DNA of 64,000 bases, taken from assembly GCA_045628045.1 (NCBI GenBank), contig JAZQOV010000001.1, positions 64,001 through 128,000 on the forward strand, read 5' to 3'. This document shows, one piece after another, positions 10,892-20,711 of the stretch. Under the pieces are notes generated by a model, which was not told where the DNA came from, did not search any database, and was given only the letters and a program-made list of their open reading frames with translations. The position numbers and the translations under genes are program-made. This DNA is from Bacilli bacterium (GTDB lineage: Bacteria > Bacillota_I > Bacilli_A > RFN20 > CAG-826). Numbering within the stretch: the first letter of the stretch is position 1; each line of letters begins with the position of its first letter.

Positions 10892-10920
10892 TTGCGTATG
10901 CACTCCAACGCGTGTATAAT
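10892..10920 (+). promoter_or_regulatory. Sigma-A promoter of ppdK
   Basis: TTGCGT-17 nt-TATAAT, followed by SD AGGAGG before the ATG at 10976. Confidence 0.65.
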
Positions 10921-10975
10921 GCAACTCGTGTGTGAAAAATCACATCGCTATTATTGTCACTATAGGAGGAATAAT

Positions 10976-13603
10976 ATGGCAAAGAAATACATCTACAACT
11001 TCAAAGAAGCCCATGGTTTAGGCAAAGAGTTGTTAGGTGGTAAAGGTGCTGGTTTAGCAGAAATGACCAGTATTGGAGTTCCAATTCCACAAGGATTTAC
11101 CATCACAACAGAAGCTTGTAATCTCTACTATGATTCAGGTAAAAAGTTACCAAAAGAAATCATTGATGACATTTACAAACACATCGAAGAAGTTGAAAAA
11201 GAAACCGGAAAGAACTTCGGTGGCGATCATAACCCACTTTTAGTCTCAGTCCGTTCTGGCGCAAGAGTTTCCATGCCAGGTATGATGGACACCATCTTAA
11301 ACTTAGGTTTAAATGATGTTACAGTCGCAGCCTTAGCAAAAGAAACTGGTAACGAAAGATTCGCATTTGATAGCTATCGTAGATTTATCTTAATGTTCAC
11401 AAACATTGCAAAAGGTCATCCAAGAACCGAAATGGATAAGATGCTTGATGAATTAAAAGAAAAGAATGGCTACAAACTCGATACAGAAGTTACTGCCGAA
11501 CAATTAAAAGATTTAGTCAAAGCTTATAAAGCTTACTATAAGAAAGTATTTGGTGAAGAATTCCCAACTGATCCAAAAGTTCAATTAATTGAAGCTGTTA
11601 CAGCAGTTTTCCGTTCCTGGGATAACCCAAGAGCTAACGTTTATCGTATGATGAACTCAATTCCATATTCATGGGGTACCGCTGTTAACGTTCAATCAAT
11701 GGCTTTCGGTAATAAGGGTGAAACATCTGGTACAGGGGTCGCATTCTCACGTGACCCAGCTACAGGTGAAAAGAAAATTTCTGCAGAATATTTACCAAAC
11801 GCACAAGGCGAAGACGTCGTCGCAGGTATTCGTACACCACTTCACATCGAAGAACTCAAGGCACGTATGCCGGATGTCTACGCACAATTTGAAAAAACAA
11901 TCAAAACAATGGAACACCATTATCGCGATATGCAAGATATGGAATTCACTGTCGAAGAAGGCAAACTCTATTTCTTACAAACACGTAATGGTAAACGTAC
12001 ACCAGCCGCAGCTCTTAAGATCGCTTGCGACTTAGTCGACGAAGGATTAATTACAAAAGAAGAAGCAGTTCTTCGTATTGATCCAGTTTCATTCGATAAA
12101 TTGCTCTTACCAGCATTCGATAAAGATGAACTTGCTAAAGCAAAACCAATCGCAACAGGCTTAGCCGCAGGTCCAGGTGCAGGTACAGGTGCAATCGCAT
12201 TTACTGCTGAAGAAGCAGAAAAACGTCACGCAGCCGGAGAAAAAGTTGTTCTTGTTCGTGCTGAAACTTCACCAGAAGACATTGTCGGTATGGTCGCAGC
12301 CGAAGGCGTTCTCACAATGCGTGGTGGTATGACCTCACACGCAGCAGTTGTCGCTCGTGGTATGGGTAAGTGCTGTGTCTGTGGTTGTAAAGAAGCTGTC
12401 ATTGATGAAGAAAAACGTACAGTTACAATCGATGGCAAAGTCTACACAGACAAAGATGTCTTATCACTTGATGGTTCAACCGGTAAAATTTATCTTGGTT
12501 CAATCGCAAAAGTTATGCCAGACTTAACCGCAGGTTACTTTGGTAGACTTATGGGTTGGGTTGATGAAGCTCGTAAACTCAAAGTCAGAACAAATGCTGA
12601 TACTCCAAGAGATGCAAAACAAGCAAGAGAATTCGGTGCTCAAGGTATTGGCCTTTGCCGTACAGAACACATGTTCTTCGATAAAGACAGAATCTTCTCT
12701 ATGAGAAAGATGATTCTTGCAGACACTGTTGAAGAAAGACGTGCTGCATTAGCAGAATTAGAGCCAATGCAACAAGCAGACTTCGAATCATTGTATGAAA
12801 CAATGTTACCATTCAATGTTAACGTTCGTTTACTCGATCCACCTCTACACGAATTCCTCCCACAAGAAGAGGATAAGATTGAAGAACTTGCTAAAGCAAC
12901 AGGCAGAACTGTCGCACAAGTTAAAGAAAGAATCGAATATCTCCACGAATTCAACCCAATGATGGGTCACCGTGGCTGTAGATTAGCTGTTTCATATCCA
13001 GAAATCTGTGAAATGCAAACAAACGCCATCATCAAAGCCGCTATTGCAGTTATGAAGAAAACTGGCAAAGCTATCGAACCAGAAATTATGATTCCACTTG
13101 TACTCGAAGTTAAGGAACTTAAGTTCGTTAAGAAGATTATTTGCGAAACAGCAGATAAGTTAATTGCAGAATCTGGTCTCAAGATGAAATACCATGTTGG
13201 TACAATGATTGAAATCCCAAGAGCTGCATTACTCGCAGATGAAATCGCAGGCGAAGCTGAATTCTTCTCATTTGGTACAAATGACTTAACACAAATGACA
13301 TTTGGTTTCTCACGTGATGATGCTGCTAAATTCTTACCAGATTACTACAGCAACAAGATCTTAGAAGAAGATCCATTCAAGACACTTGATCAAAAAGGTG
13401 TTGGAAAACTTGTTGATATGGCTGTTAAACTTGGTCGTTCAACACGTAAGGATCTCCACATTGGTGTTTGTGGTGAAACTGGCGGTGAAGCAAACTCAAT
13501 CGACTTCTACCATAGAGCAGGACTCGATTATGTCTCATGTTCACCATTCCGTGTTCCAGTTGCACGTTTAGCTGCTGCTCAAGCTGCAATTAGAAACAAA
13601 TAA
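10976..13603 (+). CDS. ppdK: Pyruvate, phosphate dikinase
   Basis: LLGGKGAGL, SVRSGARVSMPGMMDT, phospho-His GGMTSHAAVVAR, GLCRTEHMF, FSFGTNDLTQ. Start at MAKKY after AGGAGG. Confidence 0.98.
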   Translation: MAKKYIYNFKEAHGLGKELLGGKGAGLAEMTSIGVPIPQGFTITTEACNLYYDSGKKLPKEIIDDIYKHIEEVEKETGKNFGGDHNPLLVSVRSGARVSMPGMMDTILNLGLNDVTVAALAKETGNERFAFDSYRRFILMFTNIAKGHPRTEMDKMLDELKEKNGYKLDTEVTAEQLKDLVKAYKAYYKKVFGEEFPTDPKVQLIEAVTAVFRSWDNPRANVYRMMNSIPYSWGTAVNVQSMAFGNKGETSGTGVAFSRDPATGEKKISAEYLPNAQGEDVVAGIRTPLHIEELKARMPDVYAQFEKTIKTMEHHYRDMQDMEFTVEEGKLYFLQTRNGKRTPAAALKIACDLVDEGLITKEEAVLRIDPVSFDKLLLPAFDKDELAKAKPIATGLAAGPGAGTGAIAFTAEEAEKRHAAGEKVVLVRAETSPEDIVGMVAAEGVLTMRGGMTSHAAVVARGMGKCCVCGCKEAVIDEEKRTVTIDGKVYTDKDVLSLDGSTGKIYLGSIAKVMPDLTAGYFGRLMGWVDEARKLKVRTNADTPRDAKQAREFGAQGIGLCRTEHMFFDKDRIFSMRKMILADTVEERRAALAELEPMQQADFESLYETMLPFNVNVRLLDPPLHEFLPQEEDKIEELAKATGRTVAQVKERIEYLHEFNPMMGHRGCRLAVSYPEICEMQTNAIIKAAIAVMKKTGKAIEPEIMIPLVLEVKELKFVKKIICETADKLIAESGLKMKYHVGTMIEIPRAALLADEIAGEAEFFSFGTNDLTQMTFGFSRDDAAKFLPDYYSNKILEEDPFKTLDQKGVGKLVDMAVKLGRSTRKDLHIGVCGETGGEANSIDFYHRAGLDYVSCSPFRVPVARLAAAQAAIRNK

Positions 13604-13617
13604 TCTAAAGATTATAA

Positions 13618-13650
13618 ATAAAACCTCAGGCTTTAAACCTGAGGTTTTTC
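13618..13650. terminator. Bidirectional intrinsic terminator after ppdK
   Basis: AAAACCTCAGG-CTTTAAA-CCTGAGGTTTTT between convergent genes. Confidence 0.88.
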
Positions 13651-13652
13651 TT

Positions 13653-13913
13653 TTACTTATTTTTTATTAACGCTTGTGAGGAGAATACCAGATCGTTTTG
13701 GTCATTAACGTAACCGCCCGGTTCACCATTTATAATTATTTCATTATTGTCTTCAATGTAACCAACATATTCACCTTGGAGATAAATATCTCCTTCGTTA
13801 GACATTGCACCAAATTTATGTCCTTGAGCGAAGAAGTCTCCTTCTGGTGAAATATAGCCCACTAGCTCATCGTCTATATAAACATTTTTGCCAAAGCACT
13901 CAATAAAAATCAT
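13653..13913 (-). CDS. Small acidic beta-repeat protein (beta-flower-like)
   Basis: About four 16-aa repeats of the type (hydrophobic)xxGxxxGY(hydrophobic)xxxGD; ATGA overlap with ispE. Confidence 0.7.
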   Translation of the reverse strand: MIFIECFGKNVYIDDELVGYISPEGDFFAQGHKFGAMSNEGDIYLQGEYVGYIEDNNEIIINGEPGGYVNDQNDLVFSSQALIKNK

Positions 13914-14770
13914 TTTCTTTTTTGTTTCAAAGTCTTTGTTAAATAGACTTCGTATCCTTTATGTTCATATTTCAAATATTTTGTTAATGCAAGAGTAGGA
14001 TTTGTAGTTAATGCATAGACGCATGAACCAGAACCAGTCATCAAAATACATTTGAAACCATCCTTTCTCATCATCTCTTTTATCGAAACAATTTCAGGAC
14101 AAAGTTTCATAGAAACTTCCTCGAGTGAGTTGAACATTGATGCAGCAAGAAGCTTTTCGTCTCCTTTTTCAAGGGCTTCAATAACTTTGTTAACATTACC
14201 ATGTTTTAATTCGATTTTATCCGATTCCTCAAAAACTTCTTTTGTAGATAAACCTTGTTTTGGTTTAATTACTACAACAGAAAATTGTTTAGCAAGTTTG
14301 ATAGGTTCAACTTTTTCACCAATGCCCATTACGTGCGCAGGCACGTTTTTCATACAGAAAGGAACATCAGCGCCTAGTTTCAAACAAAGTTTTGTTTCTT
14401 CATCTTCTTCTATTTTTAGTTTTCCATATTTCTTAAAAGCTTTTAAAACTGCAGCAGCGTTTGAAGAACCTCCACCCATTCCTGCATAAATAGGAATTTC
14501 TTTGTGAACTTTAATATTAAAGTTCTTTGAATATTCATATTCAGATTTCAAAAGTTCGTGGGTTCTATGAATTAAGTTATGATCAATAATTTGATGTTCG
14601 ACATGATCGCACACAATATGTGTTACAGAAGCATTTGGAATATATTCAAGTTCAATTGTGTCATGAAGTTCCAAAGGAAGCATGACCATATCTAAATTGT
14701 GGTAACCATCTTCGCGTTTGTTTAAAACATCAAGGTATAAGTTAATCTTTGCTGGTGCTTTTACGTACAT
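13910..14770 (-). CDS. ispE: 4-diphosphocytidyl-2C-methyl-D-erythritol kinase
   Basis: APAKINLYL, DGYH, GHMP motif PIYAGMGGGSSNAA, GADVPF, MTGSGS. Confidence 0.95.
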   Translation of the reverse strand: MYVKAPAKINLYLDVLNKREDGYHNLDMVMLPLELHDTIELEYIPNASVTHIVCDHVEHQIIDHNLIHRTHELLKSEYEYSKNFNIKVHKEIPIYAGMGGGSSNAAAVLKAFKKYGKLKIEEDEETKLCLKLGADVPFCMKNVPAHVMGIGEKVEPIKLAKQFSVVVIKPKQGLSTKEVFEESDKIELKHGNVNKVIEALEKGDEKLLAASMFNSLEEVSMKLCPEIVSIKEMMRKDGFKCILMTGSGSCVYALTTNPTLALTKYLKYEHKGYEVYLTKTLKQKRK

Positions 14771-14789
14771 ACTTTTAGTTTACTATCAC

Positions 14790-15578
14790 TTATAACAATT
14801 TCAATAAATTGATATAAAATTCGATAGGTAATTCCTCCGGCCTTTTATTGGTATCAATTCCTAATTTACTCAGGATTTCCTTAGCTTTTTCTTTATTTTT
14901 CACAACATTTGTTAAATTATTTAAAATATTTTTTCTTCTTAATAAGAATAATTGTTTAATGAGTTTGAATAACTTTTCATTATCTTTATTTTTAATATTT
15001 TCGTTTGGTGTTATTACAAAAACGACAGAGTCAACATGTGGAATTGGCGCAAAATTATTTCTACTCACATCGATAGGAGAAGAAATATCTGCAACATAAT
15101 TTAAAAATAAGGAAAGTGGCGATTCGTTTGTTTTTAAAAGTTTTGGATAAACTTCTTTTTGAGTCATAAGAACAAAACGTTTTGTGTCTTTTCCATCCAC
15201 CAATAATTTTTCAATGATTCCGGATGTGATGTAGTAAGGAAGATTACCAATAATTTTAGTAAATCCTGACAAGTCATATTTAAGAATGTTTTGTCTTTTC
15301 ACCACAACGTTTTTCTCATCTTTAAAATGTTCGTCTAGAAACATTAGCATTCTTTCATCAATATCAATTAATTCGCAATTTCCTGAAGATTTTGCAAGAA
15401 AATACGATAAAGAACCAAGACCTGCTCCAATTTCTAAAACCTTATCTTCTTTATTTATTTCTAGAAGCGAAACTATTTTTTCTGCCATTTGAGAATTCAC
15501 TAAAAAGTTTTGACCAAGTGATTTGTTGGCAAGTAATTTATAACTTTTTACTTCTTCAAAATATTCCTTCTCGTTCAT
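14790..15578 (-). CDS. rsmA: 16S rRNA dimethyladenosine transferase
   Basis: KSLGQNFL, EIGAGLG, GNLPYYIT, F.P.P.VDS. The ATG at 15578 overlaps the rnmV stop. Confidence 0.96.
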   Translation of the reverse strand: MNEKEYFEEVKSYKLLANKSLGQNFLVNSQMAEKIVSLLEINKEDKVLEIGAGLGSLSYFLAKSSGNCELIDIDERMLMFLDEHFKDEKNVVVKRQNILKYDLSGFTKIIGNLPYYITSGIIEKLLVDGKDTKRFVLMTQKEVYPKLLKTNESPLSLFLNYVADISSPIDVSRNNFAPIPHVDSVVFVITPNENIKNKDNEKLFKLIKQLFLLRRKNILNNLTNVVKNKEKAKEILSKLGIDTNKRPEELPIEFYINLLKLL

Positions 15579-16105
15579 AAGCATTCCTTTAAATCATCGA
15601 CTGTTAATTTCATATAATTTAATCTTTTCAAAAATGTTTTAGCATTACAAAAACCAAGGCTAAATTTTTGAATTACTTTTTCTCTTTTTTCTTTCGAATC
15701 AATAGAACCCTCAAAACCTAGGTTCACTAAATCTGAATGGGTAATTTTCCCAATAATACTTTTATCTGCAACGATGTAATTCGCTAAGCTTTTTAGAACT
15801 TCTTCTTTCGTAGATTCTGCAACACCCACTTTGTGTTTCTTAATGGAATTTTCTTTTGCAACAAAACAATGTTTCAAATTTGGAATGTTTGAATCAAGTA
15901 CATCTCTAATTCTTTTACCAGGAGAATCGGGATCGGTTAAAACAAAAATATCGCGGTTTTCCGCAGACTTTTTCAAATATTCTATAGTTTTATCGGATAT
16001 TTCGCTTCCGTTAGTAATTACAAATTCGGCTTCCAAAAATTCTGAAAGGAAGGCAACATCTGTTTTCCCTTCTACAACAATAATTCCGTTTACAATTTTC
16101 TTCAT
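15575..16105 (-). CDS. rnmV: Ribonuclease M5
   Basis: TOPRIM VVEGKTD, LTDPDSPG.RIR, GVAE; usual position upstream of rsmA. Confidence 0.92.
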   Translation of the reverse strand: MKKIVNGIIVVEGKTDVAFLSEFLEAEFVITNGSEISDKTIEYLKKSAENRDIFVLTDPDSPGKRIRDVLDSNIPNLKHCFVAKENSIKKHKVGVAESTKEEVLKSLANYIVADKSIIGKITHSDLVNLGFEGSIDSKEKREKVIQKFSLGFCNAKTFLKRLNYMKLTVDDLKECL

Positions 16106-16866
16106 CTTATAAAAACTCTTTCGAAATTTTCTGTTGTCTCTTTTTCAACTTGTTCTGAACTAATGCCTCTAAGTAAAGCAATTTGATCTCTCACAAATTT
16201 TAAATATTTTGAATGGTTCTGGTGACCACGAAATGGTTCTGGTGTAAGGTAAGGTGAATCTGTTTCCAAAACATAAGAATTGGATGACACATGTTTTGCA
16301 ACCTCTTTTAATTTTTGAGCGTTCTTAAAAGTTACAACGCCACCTATGCCAAGTAAGAATCCAAGTTTTACAAATTCATTCATCATTTCTGCGCTGCCAG
16401 CATAGCAATGCATAATACCGCCACGCTTAACTGGATTTGATTTTAAAATTTTTAAACATTCTTCATTCGCTTCTCTACAATGAATCGAGATTGGTAATTC
16501 TAATTTGTTCGCTAAATCTATTTGTTTTTTAAAGAAAATCCTCTGGTTTTCTTGTATTTTTTTATCTTTATCCCAATAATAGTCGAGTCCGATTTCACCA
16601 ATTGCAATAACCTTTTTATTGTTTGCTAACTTTTCTAATTCGTTAATTGTTGAGTCAGAAAAATCTTGTTTCTCGGATGGATGAATACCAATTGCAGCAT
16701 AACAATCCGAAAACTTGTTTGCAATCTCGACTGCTAATTTTGAAGATTCTAAATCAAAGCCCACAACTAAAAATTTTGAGACACCTTCTTTTTGAGCTTC
16801 TTTAATATAAGCTTCTGGATTATCTTTATATAACTTATCGTTAATATGACAATGCGTATCGATCAT
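16102..16866 (-). CDS. tatD: TatD family DNase
   Basis: MIDTHCH, GIHP, IGEIGLDY, IHCR, HCY, ETDSPY. Confidence 0.95.
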   Translation of the reverse strand: MIDTHCHINDKLYKDNPEAYIKEAQKEGVSKFLVVGFDLESSKLAVEIANKFSDCYAAIGIHPSEKQDFSDSTINELEKLANNKKVIAIGEIGLDYYWDKDKKIQENQRIFFKKQIDLANKLELPISIHCREANEECLKILKSNPVKRGGIMHCYAGSAEMMNEFVKLGFLLGIGGVVTFKNAQKLKEVAKHVSSNSYVLETDSPYLTPEPFRGHQNHSKYLKFVRDQIALLRGISSEQVEKETTENFERVFIR

Positions 16867-16867
16867 A

Positions 16868-18181
16868 TTATTTTCCAACACAGAATCTTGAAAAAATTTC
16901 GTCTGTTAAATCGTTTTTATTATTTTGTCCAAGTAAGTCCAATGAACAATTGTATGCTGCCATAATGCTAACTGAAATTAGATCAATTGGCTGATTTTCA
17001 TTTGTATCTTTAATTGCATTTTCTAAATAGAATGACATTTGTTTTAAAATGCCTAATTGTCTTGTGTTATTAAATGAAGGTTTGATAACCAAATCTCCAA
17101 TATTTAGTTCATTTTTCATAGCTTTTAAAAGTTCGGAAATATCGCCGTTTTTTGCGGAAATATATAGGTTTTCCTTAGTCTTTTTGCTAATTAGGTCTGC
17201 TTTATTATAAACAGAAATGTAATGTTTATTTTTTACTAACTCAAACAAATTTTTATCAATTCCTGTTTCATCAACTACGAACAAAATAAGATCAGCATTT
17301 TCAATCGCTTTCTTTGCTTTATCAATTCCGATTTTTTCAATTAAATCTTCTGATTCGTGAATCCCTGCTGTATCAAATAAATGAACAGGAACTCCTGATA
17401 AAGAAAACTCGCCTTCAACAACATCTCTAGTAGTTCCAGCAATTGAAGTAACAATAGCTTTTTCTTCTTTGATAAGTGCATTAAGTAAAGATGATTTTCC
17501 AACATTTGGCTTACCAACAATTGCTACATTAACACCTTGTTGATAAATTTTATTTTTCTCGCCATCTTCAATTAAAACATTTATGTTCTTTAAAATATTT
17601 GAGCACTTTTCAAGAATTTCTTCCTTACTAGTAACTTCAATGTCTTCGTACTCTGGATAATCAATATTTACCTCAATGTGAGATAAAATCTCACCAATCT
17701 GATCTTTAATTGGTTTAAATATCTTAGAGGTTTCACCAACAAGTGAGACCATTGATAAATCTTTAGCCTCTGCAGTTGTGGCATTAATCATATCGTTAAT
17801 TGCTTCTGCTTGAACCAAATCTATCTTGCCATTTAGAAATGCTCTAGAAGAAAATTCTCCGTTCGTAGCCATTCTTGCGCCATTCTTTAAAAGAACAGAA
17901 ATTATTTGATTCACAATTAACATTGAACCGTGAGAAATAATCTCAACTGAGTTTTCTCCTGTAAATGAATGTGGCGCGACATAAGCAAGTAAAACAACTT
18001 GATCAATCTTAGATTTGCCATCAACTATGTAACCGTAGTGAATTCCACGTTCTTTTATATTAGTTAAGTCTTTAGTAAAAGCTTTTGAGACAATCTTAAA
18101 ACAATCATCTCCAGAAATACGAATGATTGCTAGAGCTGATTTAGCGGCAGGAGTTGCGAGTGCTACAATTGTCTCAAACAT
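16868..18181 (-). CDS. mnmE: tRNA modification GTPase
   Basis: TIVALAT, SFTGEN, GKPNVGKSS, GTTRD, DTAG, NKAD, C-terminal FCVGK. Confidence 0.97.
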   Translation of the reverse strand: MFETIVALATPAAKSALAIIRISGDDCFKIVSKAFTKDLTNIKERGIHYGYIVDGKSKIDQVVLLAYVAPHSFTGENSVEIISHGSMLIVNQIISVLLKNGARMATNGEFSSRAFLNGKIDLVQAEAINDMINATTAEAKDLSMVSLVGETSKIFKPIKDQIGEILSHIEVNIDYPEYEDIEVTSKEEILEKCSNILKNINVLIEDGEKNKIYQQGVNVAIVGKPNVGKSSLLNALIKEEKAIVTSIAGTTRDVVEGEFSLSGVPVHLFDTAGIHESEDLIEKIGIDKAKKAIENADLILFVVDETGIDKNLFELVKNKHYISVYNKADLISKKTKENLYISAKNGDISELLKAMKNELNIGDLVIKPSFNNTRQLGILKQMSFYLENAIKDTNENQPIDLISVSIMAAYNCSLDLLGQNNKNDLTDEIFSRFCVGK

Positions 18182-18212
18182 ACTTTATAGTAAAAATAGA
18201 GATATAAAATCT

Positions 18213-18818
18213 CTATTCTTCAACGTATTTAATAGTAACTGCTCTACGATGTCCTTCACCAGAAGATTCTGTTTTAATGTGTGAGAATTCTGCTAACACA
18301 TTATGAACGATTCTTCTTTCATCTGAAGGCATTGGATCTAAAGTAACATCAACTTTTGTGTGTTGAACTTCTTTTGCAGTTCTACGTGCAACGCTTGCGA
18401 CTCTTGCGTACTTTGCGTTCTTGTAATCGCCAACGTCGAGCAAGATTCTAAATCTTCTACGGAACTTTCCTGATACTGCTAATCTAACAATTTCATTAAG
18501 AGCTTGAAGAGTAACACCGTTCTTTCCAATTAAAATTGGATTGTGGTCAGTATCAATTTGAATTCTGATTATATCATCTTCTAATGAAGCTTTAGCAGTG
18601 ACTGAACCAATACCTAATGATTCGATGACTTTCTTTACATAGTCTTCTGCGAATTCAATTGCATCTGATAATTCATAAACAACAATTGTTGCTTTCTTAG
18701 AAAGAAGACCTTTCTTTTCATCAGAGATTTTAAAGATTACATCGTTTTCTTCAATACCAAGTTCTTCACTTGCTAACTTGACTGCTTCTTCAACAGTTTT
18801 AGCTGTGTATTCTTTCAT
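18213..18818 (-). CDS. jag: Jag/KhpB (EloR) RNA-binding protein
   Basis: Jag_N (AKTVEEAV), KH (LIGKNG.TL.AL), R3H (ERRIVH); follows yidC. Confidence 0.92.
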   Translation of the reverse strand: MKEYTAKTVEEAVKLASEELGIEENDVIFKISDEKKGLLSKKATIVVYELSDAIEFAEDYVKKVIESLGIGSVTAKASLEDDIIRIQIDTDHNPILIGKNGVTLQALNEIVRLAVSGKFRRRFRILLDVGDYKNAKYARVASVARRTAKEVQHTKVDVTLDPMPSDERRIVHNVLAEFSHIKTESSGEGHRRAVTIKYVEE

Positions 18819-18831
18819 ATATTTTCTCCTA

Positions 18832-20382
18832 TTATTTTCTCTTTTTATTGCCTGTAAAAATTACAGATGTAAATATTGTTTGTATCAAAGATACAATAGC
18901 ACCAACAAACCAGTAAACACCCATTGCAGCTGGAAGTGTAAAGCCCATAACAATAATCATAATTAACATTACATAAGAAACTATGTTTGCAGTTTTGTTT
19001 TGTTGTTTTTGAGCTGGGTTTGCACCAAGTCTAGCGACTTTCTTTGTTTTTGCTTTTTGAATCCATTGTGGAACTTTCATGGAGAAGAATTGAGCAGCTG
19101 ACATTACTAAAATTAATACTAAAGCTGTCCACCATCCCGCATGTCCTTTAGGACCAAGTCTTAATGTATTCCAAATTGAATCAGATAAATGAAGATCTAA
19201 GAACTTACCTGTTGATAAAACAGCAGAACCAGTCATAGCTCCCCAAACACCAATAAATACTGGGAATTGAACAATTAAAACTAAAAGTTGTGATAATGGA
19301 TTAATTTTGTGTTTCTTATACAAACGCATTTGTTCTTCAGCAAGTCTTTGCTTTTGTGCTTGGTTTGTATTTGAATTTGGATATTTTTGTTGAATCTTAG
19401 CAAGTTCCGGTTGTAGGTCATTCATTTTTCTTTGAGCTAAAGTTGATCTAAATGTAACCAAGAAAATGAATAATCTAACGATTATTGTTACAATAAGAAT
19501 TGATAAAATTTGTGGAACGCCATTTAAATAAGCTTCTTGAATTGCTGCTGGGCTTGCATTTTTTCCGCCTGCGAATAATAAGGCAAAACCATCAATCATC
19601 CATGCAACTGGATAAACAATGAGTCCTTCGATTAAATGTCCGCCTTTTCCCCAAGCTTCTTTCCAAGTAACCTTTTCAAGTGTAATTTGTTTGTCATTGT
19701 AATTACCATATTTGACTTTGTCATAAACAGTAATTGTGGATTTGTATTGTTCAACAACATTTGAAATAGAAGTCTTGTAGAATTTTTGGAAGTCATAAGA
19801 TGAATTTTCCCAGCCATATCCACCATGTGCTTCGCAAATTTCTTCATTCAAACGATCGTAATTTGCAAACATGTTGTTGCTAGAATAGAATCTTAAATAT
19901 CCATAGTTTTCAATAAAATTATTGAAAGCCTTAACATCTGGGTTGGTTAAATCTAATTGTAATGCAGCGTTTCTGCTCATTGCGTTATATTCAGCAACCG
20001 CGCCAGCAAATGCTCTTCTTTCAAGTTCGACAAAATATGGTTTGTTTGGAACAAGAACCTTGTTTGTTTTTGCTTGTTCAATTACTTGATTGAGAAGAGC
20101 TGAATTTGAATATTCTTTAAATGAACCGTCTTCGTTTTTAGAATATTCAACTACTTGAACTATATTAAATAGTTCAATTGATTCGTCTGCTATTTTAAAT
20201 TCTTCAGAAATTGATTTTTCTTCTTCGGAATCTTTGATCACAAAACGGGAAACGCCAGGCTCAAGTGCGTCGGCTATTCTACTCTTTTCAATGTTTGTAG
20301 CAAAAGAAGCAGTACATCCGGATGCAAAAAGAGCTACACATAAGCAGATTCCTAATAATCCTAATTTGTTTCTTTTTTTCAC
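18832..20382 (-). CDS. yidC: Membrane protein insertase YidC (lipoprotein, long extracellular domain)
   Basis: Lipobox LFASGC, LQPEL.KIQ.KY, LYKKHKINP, QFPVF, GVYW; downstream of rnpA. Confidence 0.93.
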   Translation of the reverse strand: MKKRNKLGLLGICLCVALFASGCTASFATNIEKSRIADALEPGVSRFVIKDSEEEKSISEEFKIADESIELFNIVQVVEYSKNEDGSFKEYSNSALLNQVIEQAKTNKVLVPNKPYFVELERRAFAGAVAEYNAMSRNAALQLDLTNPDVKAFNNFIENYGYLRFYSSNNMFANYDRLNEEICEAHGGYGWENSSYDFQKFYKTSISNVVEQYKSTITVYDKVKYGNYNDKQITLEKVTWKEAWGKGGHLIEGLIVYPVAWMIDGFALLFAGGKNASPAAIQEAYLNGVPQILSILIVTIIVRLFIFLVTFRSTLAQRKMNDLQPELAKIQQKYPNSNTNQAQKQRLAEEQMRLYKKHKINPLSQLLVLIVQFPVFIGVWGAMTGSAVLSTGKFLDLHLSDSIWNTLRLGPKGHAGWWTALVLILVMSAAQFFSMKVPQWIQKAKTKKVARLGANPAQKQQNKTANIVSYVMLIMIIVMGFTLPAAMGVYWFVGAIVSLIQTIFTSVIFTGNKKRK

Positions 20383-20395
20383 GAGTTTTTCCTAC

Positions 20396-20707
20396 TTATA
20401 ATATTTCCTGAATTTCTTTTTTAACATTGTTAAATGCTTCGGTATTGTAGCCTTTTCGAACAATTAATACATAATCGATTGGTTTAGAATAGTCACTTAA
20501 CATTGCGATACATGCTCGTATTTGTCTTTTAACTTTATTACGAATAACTGCAGTACCAGTCTTTTTTGGAACCGATATTCCAAATCGCGAATATCCTAAA
20601 TCGTTCTTTAAAGTATATACAGTAAAAGAACAAGTTCTTTTAAGTTCGCCTTCAGCAATAATCTTCTGAAATTCAGAGTGTTTTTTTATACGATTTTTTA
20701 CAATCAT
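20396..20707 (-). CDS. rnpA: Ribonuclease P protein
   Basis: RIKKHSEF, RFGISVPKK.G.AVIRNKVKR. Confidence 0.95.
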   Translation of the reverse strand: MIVKNRIKKHSEFQKIIAEGELKRTCSFTVYTLKNDLGYSRFGISVPKKTGTAVIRNKVKRQIRACIAMLSDYSKPIDYVLIVRKGYNTEAFNNVKKEIQEIL

Positions 20708-20711
20708 TAAA

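Noticed and set aside
10892-10975. N-terminal extensions in the ORF track for ppdK (also tilS, tatD, tadA, DUF1538, tmk, dnaX)
   Set aside because: The extensions run through promoters, an RNA gene or upstream genes. Family N-termini and SD positions point to the later starts.
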